From: Actinomycetota bacterium
GTDB taxonomy: Bacteria; Actinomycetota; Actinomycetes; S36-B12; UBA5976
NCBI GenBank assembly: GCA_009923495.1
Contig: RFTJ01000003.1
Coordinates: 1,236 to 65,235 of the forward strand
DNA length: 64,000 bases
Direction of reading: 5' to 3'
Below the pieces are notes generated by a model. The model worked only from the letters and a program-made list of their open reading frames with translations. It was not told the DNA's origin and ran no database searches. Below are positions 17,831 through 27,200 of this stretch, one piece after another; the first letter of the stretch is position 1; each line of letters opens with the position of its first letter. A program made the translations under genes and the position numbers.

Positions 17831-18568
17831 TTAAGCAGCCAGACCCACCGCATCCATTCGACGCGAGTGACCAACAGTGAGTCGGCTCAGTAAAGCAGAA
17901 ACGCTGTCGACCTCTAACTCAACATCGTTTGGTGGATCTTGAAAAAGTTGGGCTAGCGCAGGGCGCGAATTAGCTACCAATGCGCCTTGCGAAATCATTT
18001 CGCCCATTAATCTTCGTCCCCAAAGTGCTAACTTTCCAGCAACTTTCGGGTCCTTGGAAATTGCTTGCTTAATGTGATCGACTGCAAATTCGGCAATACC
18101 AATGTCGGTTAGCACTTCATTGACAACTTGAACGGTCTGGTCATCCAAAAACGGTGAGATCTCACGATAGAAGTCCGCAGTAATTCCATCGGTAACGTAT
18201 GCCTTTAAGAGTCCCTCAAGCCAACTATTGGTTTGCATCGTGTTGTGAAATTCAGTCAGAGGTTGCACAAATGGTGCCATGGCAGCGATCGGGTCAGCGC
18301 CTAATTCAATTAACCGCGCAGAAACTGTTTCGTAATGCCGATACTCACTGGCCGCCATCCGACCGAGGGCAATCTTGTCGCTAGTGGTTGGGGCAAACTT
18401 TGCATCATTGGCGGTGCGTTCAAATGCGACTAACTCGCCATAAGCCAGGGCGCCTAGCAGATCAATAAGTGCAGGATTGCTCACGAAACTCAAGGTTACG
18501 CTAAATCGGCGGTAGGCTGGAGTCAGCCCTGGTATTTCCGGGTCAATTATTTTCTTTGGAGTTACCAT
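17831..18568 (-). CDS. ferritin-like fold protein
   Basis: Helical protein with paired E...H-type motifs (ASEYRHYE). Conserved neighbour of DUF3107 and rhlE. Start set at ATG 18568 (MVTPKK); the longest ORF reaches 18634. Confidence 0.5.
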   Translation of the reverse strand: MVTPKKIIDPEIPGLTPAYRRFSVTLSFVSNPALIDLLGALAYGELVAFERTANDAKFAPTTSDKIALGRMAASEYRHYETVSARLIELGADPIAAMAPFVQPLTEFHNTMQTNSWLEGLLKAYVTDGITADFYREISPFLDDQTVQVVNEVLTDIGIAEFAVDHIKQAISKDPKVAGKLALWGRRLMGEMISQGALVANSRPALAQLFQDPPNDVELEVDSVSALLSRLTVGHSRRMDAVGLAA

Positions 18569-19733
18569 CTCAACTTTCGCACAGCTGGGTGTACCAGCAG
18601 AAATCTGTGCCGCACTTGGCCAACACGGAATCATCGAGGCATTTCCGATCCAAGAAATGACGCTTCCGATTGCCCTGGCTGGTCAAGATCTGATTGGGCA
18701 GGCTAAGACGGGAACGGGCAAAACTCTGGGCTTTGGCATTCCACTTCTCACCCAAGTAATTGCTAAAAAGACCGCTGATGTTGGCCGACCACCTTTGGCA
18801 CTCGTTATCGTGCCCACCCGCGAGCTGGCTATCCAAGTTGCTGACGACCTAACCCAAGCGGGAGCAAATTCTGATGTCGACATTTTGAGTGTCTACGGTG
18901 GCAAAGCGTATGAACCACAAATTGCGGCCTTAGAAAAAGGGGTTGATGTCATTGTTGGCACCCCTGGACGCTTAATTGATTTGATGAAACAACGTCATTT
19001 AAATTTGAAGTCGGTACGAGTCCTGGTTCTGGACGAAGCCGACGAAATGTTGGACATGGGATTTTTGCCAGACGTTGAAAACTTGGTGAGCAATATTCCA
19101 GCGACTAGACATACGATGTTGTTCTCCGCAACGATGCCCGGTCAAATTGTTTCTCTGGCCAGAAGGTACATGTCACAGCCCACACATATCAGGGCAACAG
19201 ACCCCACCAGTGAATCATCAGTTGTTGACGCAATTGAACAACATGTTTGGCGGGCACATCAAATGGACAAGCCAGAGCTCGTCGCCCGAGTTCTGCAGGC
19301 AACCGGTCGTGGATTGACGATAATTTTTTGCCGAACGAAGCGCGTTGCTAGTTCGCTAACTGAAGATTTATCGAATCGTGGATTTGCTGTCGGTTCAGTC
19401 CATGGCGATCTTGGACAAGGTGCACGCGAGCAAGCACTCCGAGCTTTTCGTAATGGCAAGGTTGATGTCTTGGTGGCCACTGATGTAGCCGCGCGAGGCA
19501 TCGATGTCTCTGACGTAACCCATGTAATTAACTACGAATGCCCTGAAGATGACAAAACCTACGTTCACCGCATTGGCCGTACAGGTCGAGCTGGTAATGC
19601 TGGTGTTGCAATCACTTTGGTGGATTGGCAAGATACCGCTCGCTGGCAGATGATTAATCGCACTCTCGGGCTACCGCCGCGACCAGAGCGTAAGCGGACC
19701 CGCCGGCCAAATCCACCAGCTGACTCTGCTTAA
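18567..19733 (+). CDS. rhlE: DEAD-box ATP-dependent RNA helicase
   Basis: Motifs AKTGTGKT, PTRELA, DEAD-type LDEADEM, SAT, HGDL...R and HRIGRTGR. The Q-motif region (TFAQLGV...FPIQ) is encoded in frame upstream of the first ATG (18657). Proposed ATC start at 18567, 5 nt after GGAG. The start is uncertain. Confidence 0.8.
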   Translation: MSTFAQLGVPAEICAALGQHGIIEAFPIQEMTLPIALAGQDLIGQAKTGTGKTLGFGIPLLTQVIAKKTADVGRPPLALVIVPTRELAIQVADDLTQAGANSDVDILSVYGGKAYEPQIAALEKGVDVIVGTPGRLIDLMKQRHLNLKSVRVLVLDEADEMLDMGFLPDVENLVSNIPATRHTMLFSATMPGQIVSLARRYMSQPTHIRATDPTSESSVVDAIEQHVWRAHQMDKPELVARVLQATGRGLTIIFCRTKRVASSLTEDLSNRGFAVGSVHGDLGQGAREQALRAFRNGKVDVLVATDVAARGIDVSDVTHVINYECPEDDKTYVHRIGRTGRAGNAGVAITLVDWQDTARWQMINRTLGLPPRPERKRTRRPNPPADSA

Positions 19734-20431
19734 TTAAAGACGACGCCCGAACTTGCTTCCCGCCATGCCTTATTTAAGGCTGCTTCTAGCAGGTCATTAA
19801 CTTCCTTCGGATTTTTCTGCGACAAAGTGAACGGCAATATGGGCTTACCGACGCGCATTCGGATGATTGGCACACGAAGTGCGCCAGTGAAGCTCCATAA
19901 AATGCTTTTTGCGACTGAGCCCGAACCTAGAGTGCGACTATCGTGGTGCGCTATTGGCAATACGGTCACTCCTGCTGAACGGGCTAGACCAGCTGCGCCT
20001 GGGCGCCATTCACGCGGCGAACCATCTTCATTAACTTTTACATCGCCCTCAGGATAAATGAGTACACATTCGCCATTTCGTAGGGCTTCCAGTGCTGCGC
20101 GATACGCAGCCCTACCATCGTGCTGGTCAACTGGGATAATTCCACTATTGGTGCAGGCCTGCTTCGTAACTGGATATTCCCAAAGATCCGACGTGCCAAT
20201 TGGTCTAATGTGCCGCCGATGTGTGCACTGGTCTTCGCACGGCAGATCACAAGTGAATCCCATGTTGTGCAAAGTGCCCAAAACTACGATGACGTCTACC
20301 ACGGTGGTGTGATTTACCACAATGAGTGCTGGGCCTGGCTGCTCTAATGCATCCAAATTGGCTCGGCCATAGACCGAAACTCGGCACAAGGAGCGCACTA
20401 ACCGGCCTAGCACTGATCCCGCACTAATCAC
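19730..20431 (-). CDS. 1-acyl-sn-glycerol-3-phosphate acyltransferase family (PlsC-like)
   Basis: HX4D motif in VNHTTVVD and a YPEG motif. 4-nt convergent overlap with the helicase stop. Confidence 0.75.
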   Translation of the reverse strand: MISAGSVLGRLVRSLCRVSVYGRANLDALEQPGPALIVVNHTTVVDVIVVLGTLHNMGFTCDLPCEDQCTHRRHIRPIGTSDLWEYPVTKQACTNSGIIPVDQHDGRAAYRAALEALRNGECVLIYPEGDVKVNEDGSPREWRPGAAGLARSAGVTVLPIAHHDSRTLGSGSVAKSILWSFTGALRVPIIRMRVGKPILPFTLSQKNPKEVNDLLEAALNKAWREASSGVVFN

Positions 20432-20495
20432 GCGAACTCCCTTGTGTTTACTAGGGAAAGTCTAGTGCAGTCCATTTTTGAGGTAATCTTCACAG

Positions 20496-21746
20496 GTGAC
20501 CATTACTCAGACCCGCGTATATCTGGCCAGATTGGCTGGCACAGCGGTTTTTGATCCAGCCGGTGACCGGGTGGGCAAAATCCGCGATATTGTCGTACTC
20601 GCTCGCGATAACGGTAAGGCACCGCATGTCCTAGGACTAGTAGTAGAGGTCGCACCACGGCGTCGAATCTTTTTGCCCATGTCGCGCGTCACCGCCATGG
20701 ATCCTGGCTCAGTAGTCACCAGCGGCATGGTTAACTTGCGCAGGTTTGAACGTCGCAATGAAGAGAAGTTGGTCATTGCCGAATTACTAGATCAAAAAGT
20801 TGTACTAAAAAGCTCTGGCGAAAAAGTCACAGTCGAAGACATTGCCATGAGTTCTGATCGACTACATGAGTGGCACGTATCCCGTCTCTTTATTCGAAAA
20901 AGCGCAAGCGGCTTTGGCCGACGTGGACCAACCGTCACACTGGACTGGAATGAAGTAACTGGTCTGTTTGCTGAAGTTGCTGAACAGGGTGTGGACTCAC
21001 TTCTAAAGTCAATCGGCGAAATGCGCGCTGCTGACATTGCAAACATACTTCAAGGTTTAACTCCGAAGCGTCGACTTGAGTTAATTGCAAAACTTGATCT
21101 GGAATTACTTGCTGATGTCGTCGAGGAACTCCCCGAGGATGACCGAGTGGAAATCATGTCTGAACTTGGTTTGGAGCGAGCTACTGACGTTTTGGAAGAA
21201 ATGGATCCAGACGATGCTGCCGACTTGCTCAGTGAACTGCCACCTGAGCGAGCCGAAGAATTTTTGGAAGCCATGGAGCCCGAAGACGCCGAAGACCTTC
21301 GTCGCCTCCTTGCTTACGATGACTTCAGTGCTGGTGGCATGATGACAACCGAACCAATATTGCTATCAGCCGATGCAACCGTAGCCGAGGCTTTAGCTCG
21401 GGTTCGTGCTCCAGAACTTTCACCTGCCGTGGCCTCACAGGTTTATGTGGTGCGACCACCTATTGAAACGCCTACTGGTCGCTACATTGGCGTGGCACAT
21501 GTCCAACGCTTACTGCGCGAAGCACCGTCAACACTTGTTTCTGCAATTTTGGATACTTCCCTTGTCCCTATTGGCCCACAGGCCCCATTGGGCCAGGTTG
21601 CTCGCTATTTTGCCACTTACAATTTGGTTGCACTGCCTGTTGTAGACGAAAATGGACACTTGTTAGGTGCCGTCACCATTGACGACGTAATTGACCACAT
21701 GCTGCCTGACGATTGGCGGGAAAACGAGAACGATGAGGAGGGCTGA
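20496..21746 (+). CDS. soluble MgtE-N / CBS-pair protein with an N-terminal PRC-barrel-like region (no TM domain)
   Basis: Acidic MgtE_N-type helical repeats (ELPEDDRVEIMSEL...DDAADLLSELP), then a CBS pair. No hydrophobic C-terminal channel domain. Confidence 0.7.
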   Translation: MTITQTRVYLARLAGTAVFDPAGDRVGKIRDIVVLARDNGKAPHVLGLVVEVAPRRRIFLPMSRVTAMDPGSVVTSGMVNLRRFERRNEEKLVIAELLDQKVVLKSSGEKVTVEDIAMSSDRLHEWHVSRLFIRKSASGFGRRGPTVTLDWNEVTGLFAEVAEQGVDSLLKSIGEMRAADIANILQGLTPKRRLELIAKLDLELLADVVEELPEDDRVEIMSELGLERATDVLEEMDPDDAADLLSELPPERAEEFLEAMEPEDAEDLRRLLAYDDFSAGGMMTTEPILLSADATVAEALARVRAPELSPAVASQVYVVRPPIETPTGRYIGVAHVQRLLREAPSTLVSAILDTSLVPIGPQAPLGQVARYFATYNLVALPVVDENGHLLGAVTIDDVIDHMLPDDWRENENDEEG

Positions 21747-21748
21747 TT

Positions 21749-22264
21749 ATGGCACGCGAAGAACGACGTGGACCACGTCTAGATCAGCCATTAGAACGTT
21801 CTCGTTCACTTCGCCCCAGCCTTGATTCTGAGGTTGCTGGCCGACTAAGTGAACGAGTGGCACGGTTTCTAGGTTCTTGGCGATTCCTGGGCTGGATGAC
21901 TGTAGTAATTGCTGCTTGGTTACTTTGGAATATTTTTGCGCCAAAAGAACTCCAGGTTGACCCTTTCCCTTTTCTATTTTTGACCTTGGCACTTTCACTC
22001 CAGGCCTCATATGCTGCTCCCCTAATTTTGCTTGCCCAAAATCGCCAAGCGGATCGAGATCGAGTGCAGTTCCAAGAAGACCGCGATCAAACAGAGCGGC
22101 TACTTGCTGATGCTGATTACTTAACTCGTGAAGTGGCCGCTCTGCGCATGGCAATCGGCGAACTCGCGACTCGCGATTACCTTCGTGGCGAGATAAAGTC
22201 GCTTGTAGAAGAGTTGGAAGACCTTGCTCGAGGTCATGACAAAGACTCACCTTCAAGTAACTAA
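21749..22264 (+). CDS. DUF1003 family membrane protein
   Basis: Two TM helices, then NRQADRDR and a coiled C-terminus. Starts 3 nt after the previous stop. Confidence 0.65.
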   Translation: MAREERRGPRLDQPLERSRSLRPSLDSEVAGRLSERVARFLGSWRFLGWMTVVIAAWLLWNIFAPKELQVDPFPFLFLTLALSLQASYAAPLILLAQNRQADRDRVQFQEDRDQTERLLADADYLTREVAALRMAIGELATRDYLRGEIKSLVEELEDLARGHDKDSPSSN

Positions 22265-22281
22265 TCACTAAGGATGACTTT

Positions 22282-23272
22282 GTGACTATTTCGCGCGATG
22301 CGGTGCAGGCTGCACTAGCTACCGTTATTGATCCAGAAATTCGTCGACCAATTACTGAAATCGGCATGCTAAAGGGATTTGAGATCACGGGCTCATCAGT
22401 TCAGGTCGATGTATTTCTAACTATTGCTGCCTGTCCGATGAAGGAAACTATTACTAGTTCGGTGCAAGCTGCGGTTGGCGCAATCCCAGAGGTATCCGAA
22501 GTTTCGGTTTCCTTGGAGCCCATGAGCGATGAACAGCGCGAAGCATTGCGAACTCTGTTACAAGGTCCAAAAAAGGTGATTCCATTTATTGGGCCAGATT
22601 CACTGACTCGAATTTATGCCATCGCTTCGGGTAAAGGAGGCGTTGGCAAATCTTCGGTGACGGTCAACTTGGGCACACGGTATCAGCGTTATGTCTATGT
22701 TGGCATTCAAGCCAGGTGGCCGACATGAACCAATTGCGGCGCGTGGACCAATGTTGCACAAGTATGTAGAGGCTTTCTTAACCGACGTCTACTGGGGCGA
22801 ATTAGATGTGCTGCTTTTTGACATGCCGCCAGGAACTGGCGACGTACCCATGAGCGTGGCACGACTCTTACCGCACGCAGAGTTAATCGTGGTGACCACG
22901 CCACAAATTGCTGCCGCCGATGTTGCTATTCGCTCGGGGATGCTCGCACCTGCTTTTGAGCAAAAGGTTTTTGGGGTTATTGAGAATATGTCGGCAATAA
23001 TCTGCCCTCATTGCAACGAGCCGATGGAACTGTTCGGAAGTGGCGGTGGAGAAACTGTAGCCAAAACTTTAACCGAAAATCTGGGTTACGAAGTTCCGTT
23101 ACTGGCCAAAGTTAGTTTCGACCCGCGCCTTCGTGAAGGTGGCGACGCTGGCCAACCACTAGTTGTTGAGAAGCCGGATTCACCTGTTGCATTGCAGTTT
23201 GCTGAGATTGCCAGCAAGTTAACAGACCGACCTCGCACCTTAAGTGGCGTCAAGCTGAATGTAATTTCCTAA
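22282..23272 (+). pseudogene. mrp: Mrp/ApbC-type Fe-S cluster carrier ATPase, disrupted by an internal deletion plus frameshift
   Basis: The N-terminal DUF59 domain and P-loop SGKGGVGKSSVTVNLG end at a stop at 22726-22728. The rest (AHGISVMSMLAF...RGPMLHK...DMPPGTGD...) continues in the +1 frame from ~22673. About 40 residues normally between VNLA and AHG (including the LDADIxG segment) are absent. Confidence 0.6.
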
Positions 23273-23580
23273 GTTGCGTCTGAGTCAAAGTCGGCACGCA
23301 AATTCTGATTAGGTGATTTCGAATCCTTCTGAGCGGTTGGCTCTGGGGCAAACACCTGACTAACAATTCCGCGTGGAGTTAGGCTCTGTAGTTCACTAGC
23401 AAAGTTGGTGATAGTTTTGGCTTCTTCATCTAAAGAGTCAAAAGCTTTGGCTAAGAACTCGCGAGTTAGTCGAATTCCCTTCCCGGCACTACGCGCAATT
23501 TCCGGTAACCGATTAGGACCGAAAATAATCAAACCAATCATGGCGATAGTAAGTAATTCAGGAAAACCGATACCTAACAT
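23269..23580 (-). CDS. tatB: twin-arginine translocase subunit (TatB/TatA family)
   Basis: MLGIGFPELLTIAMIGLIIFGPNRLPE N-terminus. Position downstream of htrA as in mycobacteria. Confidence 0.7.
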   Translation of the reverse strand: MLGIGFPELLTIAMIGLIIFGPNRLPEIARSAGKGIRLTREFLAKAFDSLDEEAKTITNFASELQSLTPRGIVSQVFAPEPTAQKDSKSPNQNLRADFDSDAT

Positions 23581-23595
23581 TTAGGCCCTCTTAAC

Positions 23596-24846
23596 TTAAT
23601 TTGAGCGACGTGAGCCTAAAACTACACTGACATCCGAATCGTTTAGGCGGCTAAGTACCACTTTATCGCCTGCATTACGGGCGCGGATCTTTACGATCAA
23701 TTCGGTGCCATCATTAACCTTCTGGCCATCAATAGCAGTGATCACATCACCAGGCTTTAAATCGGTATTTTCAGCCGGTCCGCCTGCGGTAATTTCACTG
23801 ACCCGAGCACCAACACCTGAGTACCGCATATCTACAGAGATTCCAACAACTGGATGAGTTGAGGTGCCAGTTCGCATCAATTCATTTGCTACCCGTCTTG
23901 CCTCATTTATCGGAATAGCAAAGCCAAGTCCGATACTTCCAGATTCACCCCCAAGGCCACTTCCCAGTGTGGCAATTGCGGAGTTAACGCCAATTACTTG
24001 ACCTCGAGCGTTCACCAATGGTCCGCCCGAATTACCTGGGTTGATCGCCGCATCAGTCTGGATTGCATTGATAAATGAGGATTCGCCGCTAGAACCTGCA
24101 GTTACTGGGCGTTCTAGTGCAGAAATAATTCCACTTGTTACCGTTCCAGACAGACCTAGTGGCGATCCAATTGCAATTGCGGTGTCGCCGACTACTACAT
24201 CATTAGAATTACCCAAACTTGCAATTGGCAAATTTCCGACTGAAAGTTTCAGTACCGCTAAATCATAGGATGGGTCGCGGCCAACAATCTTGGCGCGAAG
24301 CGACTTTTGGTTTTGCAACTGTACGGTGATTTCGGCACCTGTGCCAGCACCAGCAACGACGTGATTGTTGGTGAGTACATATGACAAGCTGGCAGTGCTG
24401 GCAATGATAATTCCCGAACCCGTTCCACCTCCTTGCGAAGATGTAACTTCAATCGAGACAACAACTGGCAAAACTCCGCTGGCGATTTTTGCTATCGAGC
24501 CATTAGGTCGCGGTGAAGTGTCCCCTGGTGCAGTTGTTAATTGCAAACTTGTGCCAGCACTGCCGGAAACCTTGTTAGCAAATCCATAACCAACAGCTCC
24601 AGCTAAAAAGCCGGCAACAAGCGCCACAATTACCGCAGTTAATAGTGGGCCAAAACGTTTTGGCCTGCTGACTTCAGGTGGCTGGTAAACCCAAGTCGGT
24701 CCAGGTACAGCAGGAGTAGGCGTTGAACGCAGTAACGAATCGCTCACTGGGTCAAAAACTTGAACATTTTGCTCAACTGGCTGACCACCTGATTCAGAAG
24801 TTTCTGGAATTGGGCTGTTACCGGGCTCGGAATGACTGTCGGTCAT
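23596..24846 (-). CDS. htrA: HtrA/DegP-family S1C serine protease with a PDZ domain
   Basis: N-terminal TM anchor, catalytic GNSGGPLV, and a C-terminal PDZ domain (GDVITAIDGQKV). Confidence 0.85.
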   Translation of the reverse strand: MTDSHSEPGNSPIPETSESGGQPVEQNVQVFDPVSDSLLRSTPTPAVPGPTWVYQPPEVSRPKRFGPLLTAVIVALVAGFLAGAVGYGFANKVSGSAGTSLQLTTAPGDTSPRPNGSIAKIASGVLPVVVSIEVTSSQGGGTGSGIIIASTASLSYVLTNNHVVAGAGTGAEITVQLQNQKSLRAKIVGRDPSYDLAVLKLSVGNLPIASLGNSNDVVVGDTAIAIGSPLGLSGTVTSGIISALERPVTAGSSGESSFINAIQTDAAINPGNSGGPLVNARGQVIGVNSAIATLGSGLGGESGSIGLGFAIPINEARRVANELMRTGTSTHPVVGISVDMRYSGVGARVSEITAGGPAENTDLKPGDVITAIDGQKVNDGTELIVKIRARNAGDKVVLSRLNDSDVSVVLGSRRSN

Positions 24847-24975
24847 GTGGGCAAGTCCTTACTTGAATTCAAAACGAACACATTGCTTATCTAATTGTTA
24901 CCCATGACAACACGGGTTCGGTAACTGGTGGGTCAATCTTCACATAATTCAAACCTGAGTCGTACGCTTACTTAC

Positions 24976-25629
24976 ATGGCACCAACAGATCCACGAGTAC
25001 TAGCCCTTCATAAAGCATCTTGGGACTTCGCAGAGGCCTGGGCTGGCGAAGATGAACCGCGCTCCAAGGCCCGAGTCCGAGCCAGCGAAATAGGGTGCCC
25101 TGCAGTTAGCTCCGGCGCTGGATCAGTTCTTCGGCTGCTAGCCGCTGCAATAGATGCCCGAAATGTGGTTGAAATTGGAACAGGTGCAGGTATATCTGCC
25201 TTGTGGCTACTCGAAGGAATGAACCCCTACGGAGTATTGACAAGTGTGGACAGCGAAGCAGAACATCAATTAATAGCTAAAGATGCGCTGGCAGAATCTG
25301 GAGTTCCAGCAAAGCGAGTTCGATTAATTAACGGTCGGGCTAGTGAGGTACTTGACCGATTAACTGAATATGCTTACGACATCGTACTGATATCCGGAAA
25401 GCCAGCTGAATTAGAATCCAACATCGAAAGTGCTATGACTTTGCTTCGTCAAGGCGGATTGCTAATCGTTGACCGAGCGCTTTGGTCCGACCGAGTCGCT
25501 GATCCGGCACAACGCGATGCTGACACCGTGGCAGTGCGCTCAGCAGTTAACTCGTTGGCTAAGCATGAAGAACTAGTTGGATCTTTAATTCCAATGGGTG
25601 ATGGCTTGCTAGTCGCGGTGCGACGATAG
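24976..25629 (+). CDS. class I SAM-dependent O-methyltransferase (caffeoyl-CoA OMT-like)
   Basis: VVEIGTGAGISALWL SAM-binding motif. Start set at ATG 24976; the longest ORF starts at GTG 24928. Confidence 0.75.
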   Translation: MAPTDPRVLALHKASWDFAEAWAGEDEPRSKARVRASEIGCPAVSSGAGSVLRLLAAAIDARNVVEIGTGAGISALWLLEGMNPYGVLTSVDSEAEHQLIAKDALAESGVPAKRVRLINGRASEVLDRLTEYAYDIVLISGKPAELESNIESAMTLLRQGGLLIVDRALWSDRVADPAQRDADTVAVRSAVNSLAKHEELVGSLIPMGDGLLVAVRR

Positions 25630-25632
25630 AAT

Positions 25633-25830
25633 CTACTTCTTTTTGGCTGGAGTTTTTGGCATTCCAGAAACAGTGTCTGCCAATACAACACTTAAGTCTT
25701 TAACTTCTTGCGCATTTAGTTCGACGACCAGTCGCCCTCCACCTTCAAGTGGAACGCGAAGTACGTAGCTGCGTCCTTCTTTAGGGCATTCCATCGGACC
25801 GTCGCCGGTACGAGGTTTCATTGCGGCCAT
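25633..25830 (-). CDS. DUF3117 family protein
   Basis: MAAMKPRTGDGPMECPKEGRSYVLRVPLEGGGRLVVEL is the highly conserved actinobacterial DUF3117 pattern. AGAGG lies 7 nt upstream of ATG 25830. Confidence 0.7.
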   Translation of the reverse strand: MAAMKPRTGDGPMECPKEGRSYVLRVPLEGGGRLVVELNAQEVKDLSVVLADTVSGMPKTPAKKK

Positions 25831-25902
25831 AAGAGGACCTCTTTCAAATTGCACAGTTTGTGATGCTTTATTATCCCAAACATTTGGACTCTAAAGAAAT
25901 CC

Positions 25903-26349
25903 CTAAATTTTGCCCTGTTCAACCAAATTGGCAAACTTAACCAAAGAATGCTTTATTCCCAACAGAAATAACGGGCGAATTAGCAAAAATCCCACTTTTC
26001 CCAATAAACCAAGCGGAATATCCAGATCCTCAGCCCAAATGAAGGTCGCAGCCTGATCATGGATTGGTTTAACCTGGAATTCGCCCGTTCCACGGACAAT
26101 TTTGCCAGTATGCAGCACGGCGCAGTAATTAGGTGGATCCCAATGGGTGATAGTCATAGTGTCCAGAATCCCAAGCGGCCCAAAACCAGTAACCGCCTTG
26201 ATCCGAGCGCCAACATGTCTACCCTGTCCATCTAGTGATTCGACTTTTGTCGCCAGCATCCACTTACCTTGTTGGTTCCATTCTGTTATGGCACGCCATA
26301 CTTCATCTACTGGTGCTTGAATGTCGACCCGAAGTTCAAGATGTGTCAT
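25903..26349 (-). CDS. SRPBCC (START/polyketide-cyclase-like) family protein
   Basis: 148 aa. Size and beta-rich pattern fit the family. Weak, memory-based call. Confidence 0.5.
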   Translation of the reverse strand: MTHLELRVDIQAPVDEVWRAITEWNQQGKWMLATKVESLDGQGRHVGARIKAVTGFGPLGILDTMTITHWDPPNYCAVLHTGKIVRGTGEFQVKPIHDQAATFIWAEDLDIPLGLLGKVGFLLIRPLFLLGIKHSLVKFANLVEQGKI

Positions 26350-26351
26350 GT

Positions 26352-27164
26352 CTATAAAATTCCGGGAGGTGCGTCATCGCTAATGCCACGGATAACGCCC
26401 CACTCGTCAACCAAAGCCTTACGACGGGCTTCGGCCTGAACCAAAATCTTAATTGCCTCATCAACGTCATCGGTGATGTGCAACATGTCTACATCTTCTG
26501 GTGAAATTTTATTGTCTGCGGCCACAGTGGCTTTCAGCCAATCCACCATCGCACCCCAGTACTTTGTTCCCATCAACACAATTGGAAAGGAAGTTACTTT
26601 CTTAGTTTGTACGAGTGTGAGTGCTTCAAACAATTCATCGAAAGTTCCATATCCGCCAGGAAAAACGACGAAGCCTTGTGCATATTTAATAAACATTGTT
26701 TTACGGGCAAAGAAGTAGCGGAAATCAATTCCCAGCTCAATATATTCGTTCATGCCCTGCTCAAACGGCAGTTCGATTCCTAGTCCAACTGAAATGCCTG
26801 GTCCGGCCATACAACCTTTATTGGCAGCTTCCATGATTCCAGGGCCGCCACCAGTAATAACGCTATAGCCCTTTTTAGAAAGTTTGTGCGCCAACTCTTC
26901 GGCTTGCTGATACTCGGGATGACTTGCAGGAGTGCGAGCACTGCCAAATATGCTGAACGCTGGTCCAAGATCTGCCAATGCACCAAACCCGTTCACAAAC
27001 TCAGATTGAATGCGCATTACCCGCCAAGGATCCTCGTGCACCCATTCTGAGGGACCATGACTATCAAGTAGTCGTTGATCTGTCGTGCCACGGCGTTTTG
27101 CATGTCCGCGCCTAGTGACTGGACCTTGGCGTTGTGCATCGTTATTACCAGTTTTAGAACTCAT
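26352..27164 (-). CDS. LOG family protein (TIGR00730 Rossmann fold, nucleotide 5'-monophosphate nucleosidase-type)
   Basis: GGGPGIMEAANKG and PGGYGTFDELFE motifs. Confidence 0.8.
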   Translation of the reverse strand: MSSKTGNNDAQRQGPVTRRGHAKRRGTTDQRLLDSHGPSEWVHEDPWRVMRIQSEFVNGFGALADLGPAFSIFGSARTPASHPEYQQAEELAHKLSKKGYSVITGGGPGIMEAANKGCMAGPGISVGLGIELPFEQGMNEYIELGIDFRYFFARKTMFIKYAQGFVVFPGGYGTFDELFEALTLVQTKKVTSFPIVLMGTKYWGAMVDWLKATVAADNKISPEDVDMLHITDDVDEAIKILVQAEARRKALVDEWGVIRGISDDAPPGIL

Positions 27165-27200
27165 GGTTCCACGCTAGTGGTAAATGACTAGTTGAGTCTG

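Noticed and set aside
22282-23272. mrp as two real genes or a programmed frameshift
   Set aside because: The break falls inside the ATPase domain and removes a conserved segment. There is no slippery site, and neither half would be a complete fold. A deletion or pseudogene (or an assembly error) fits better.
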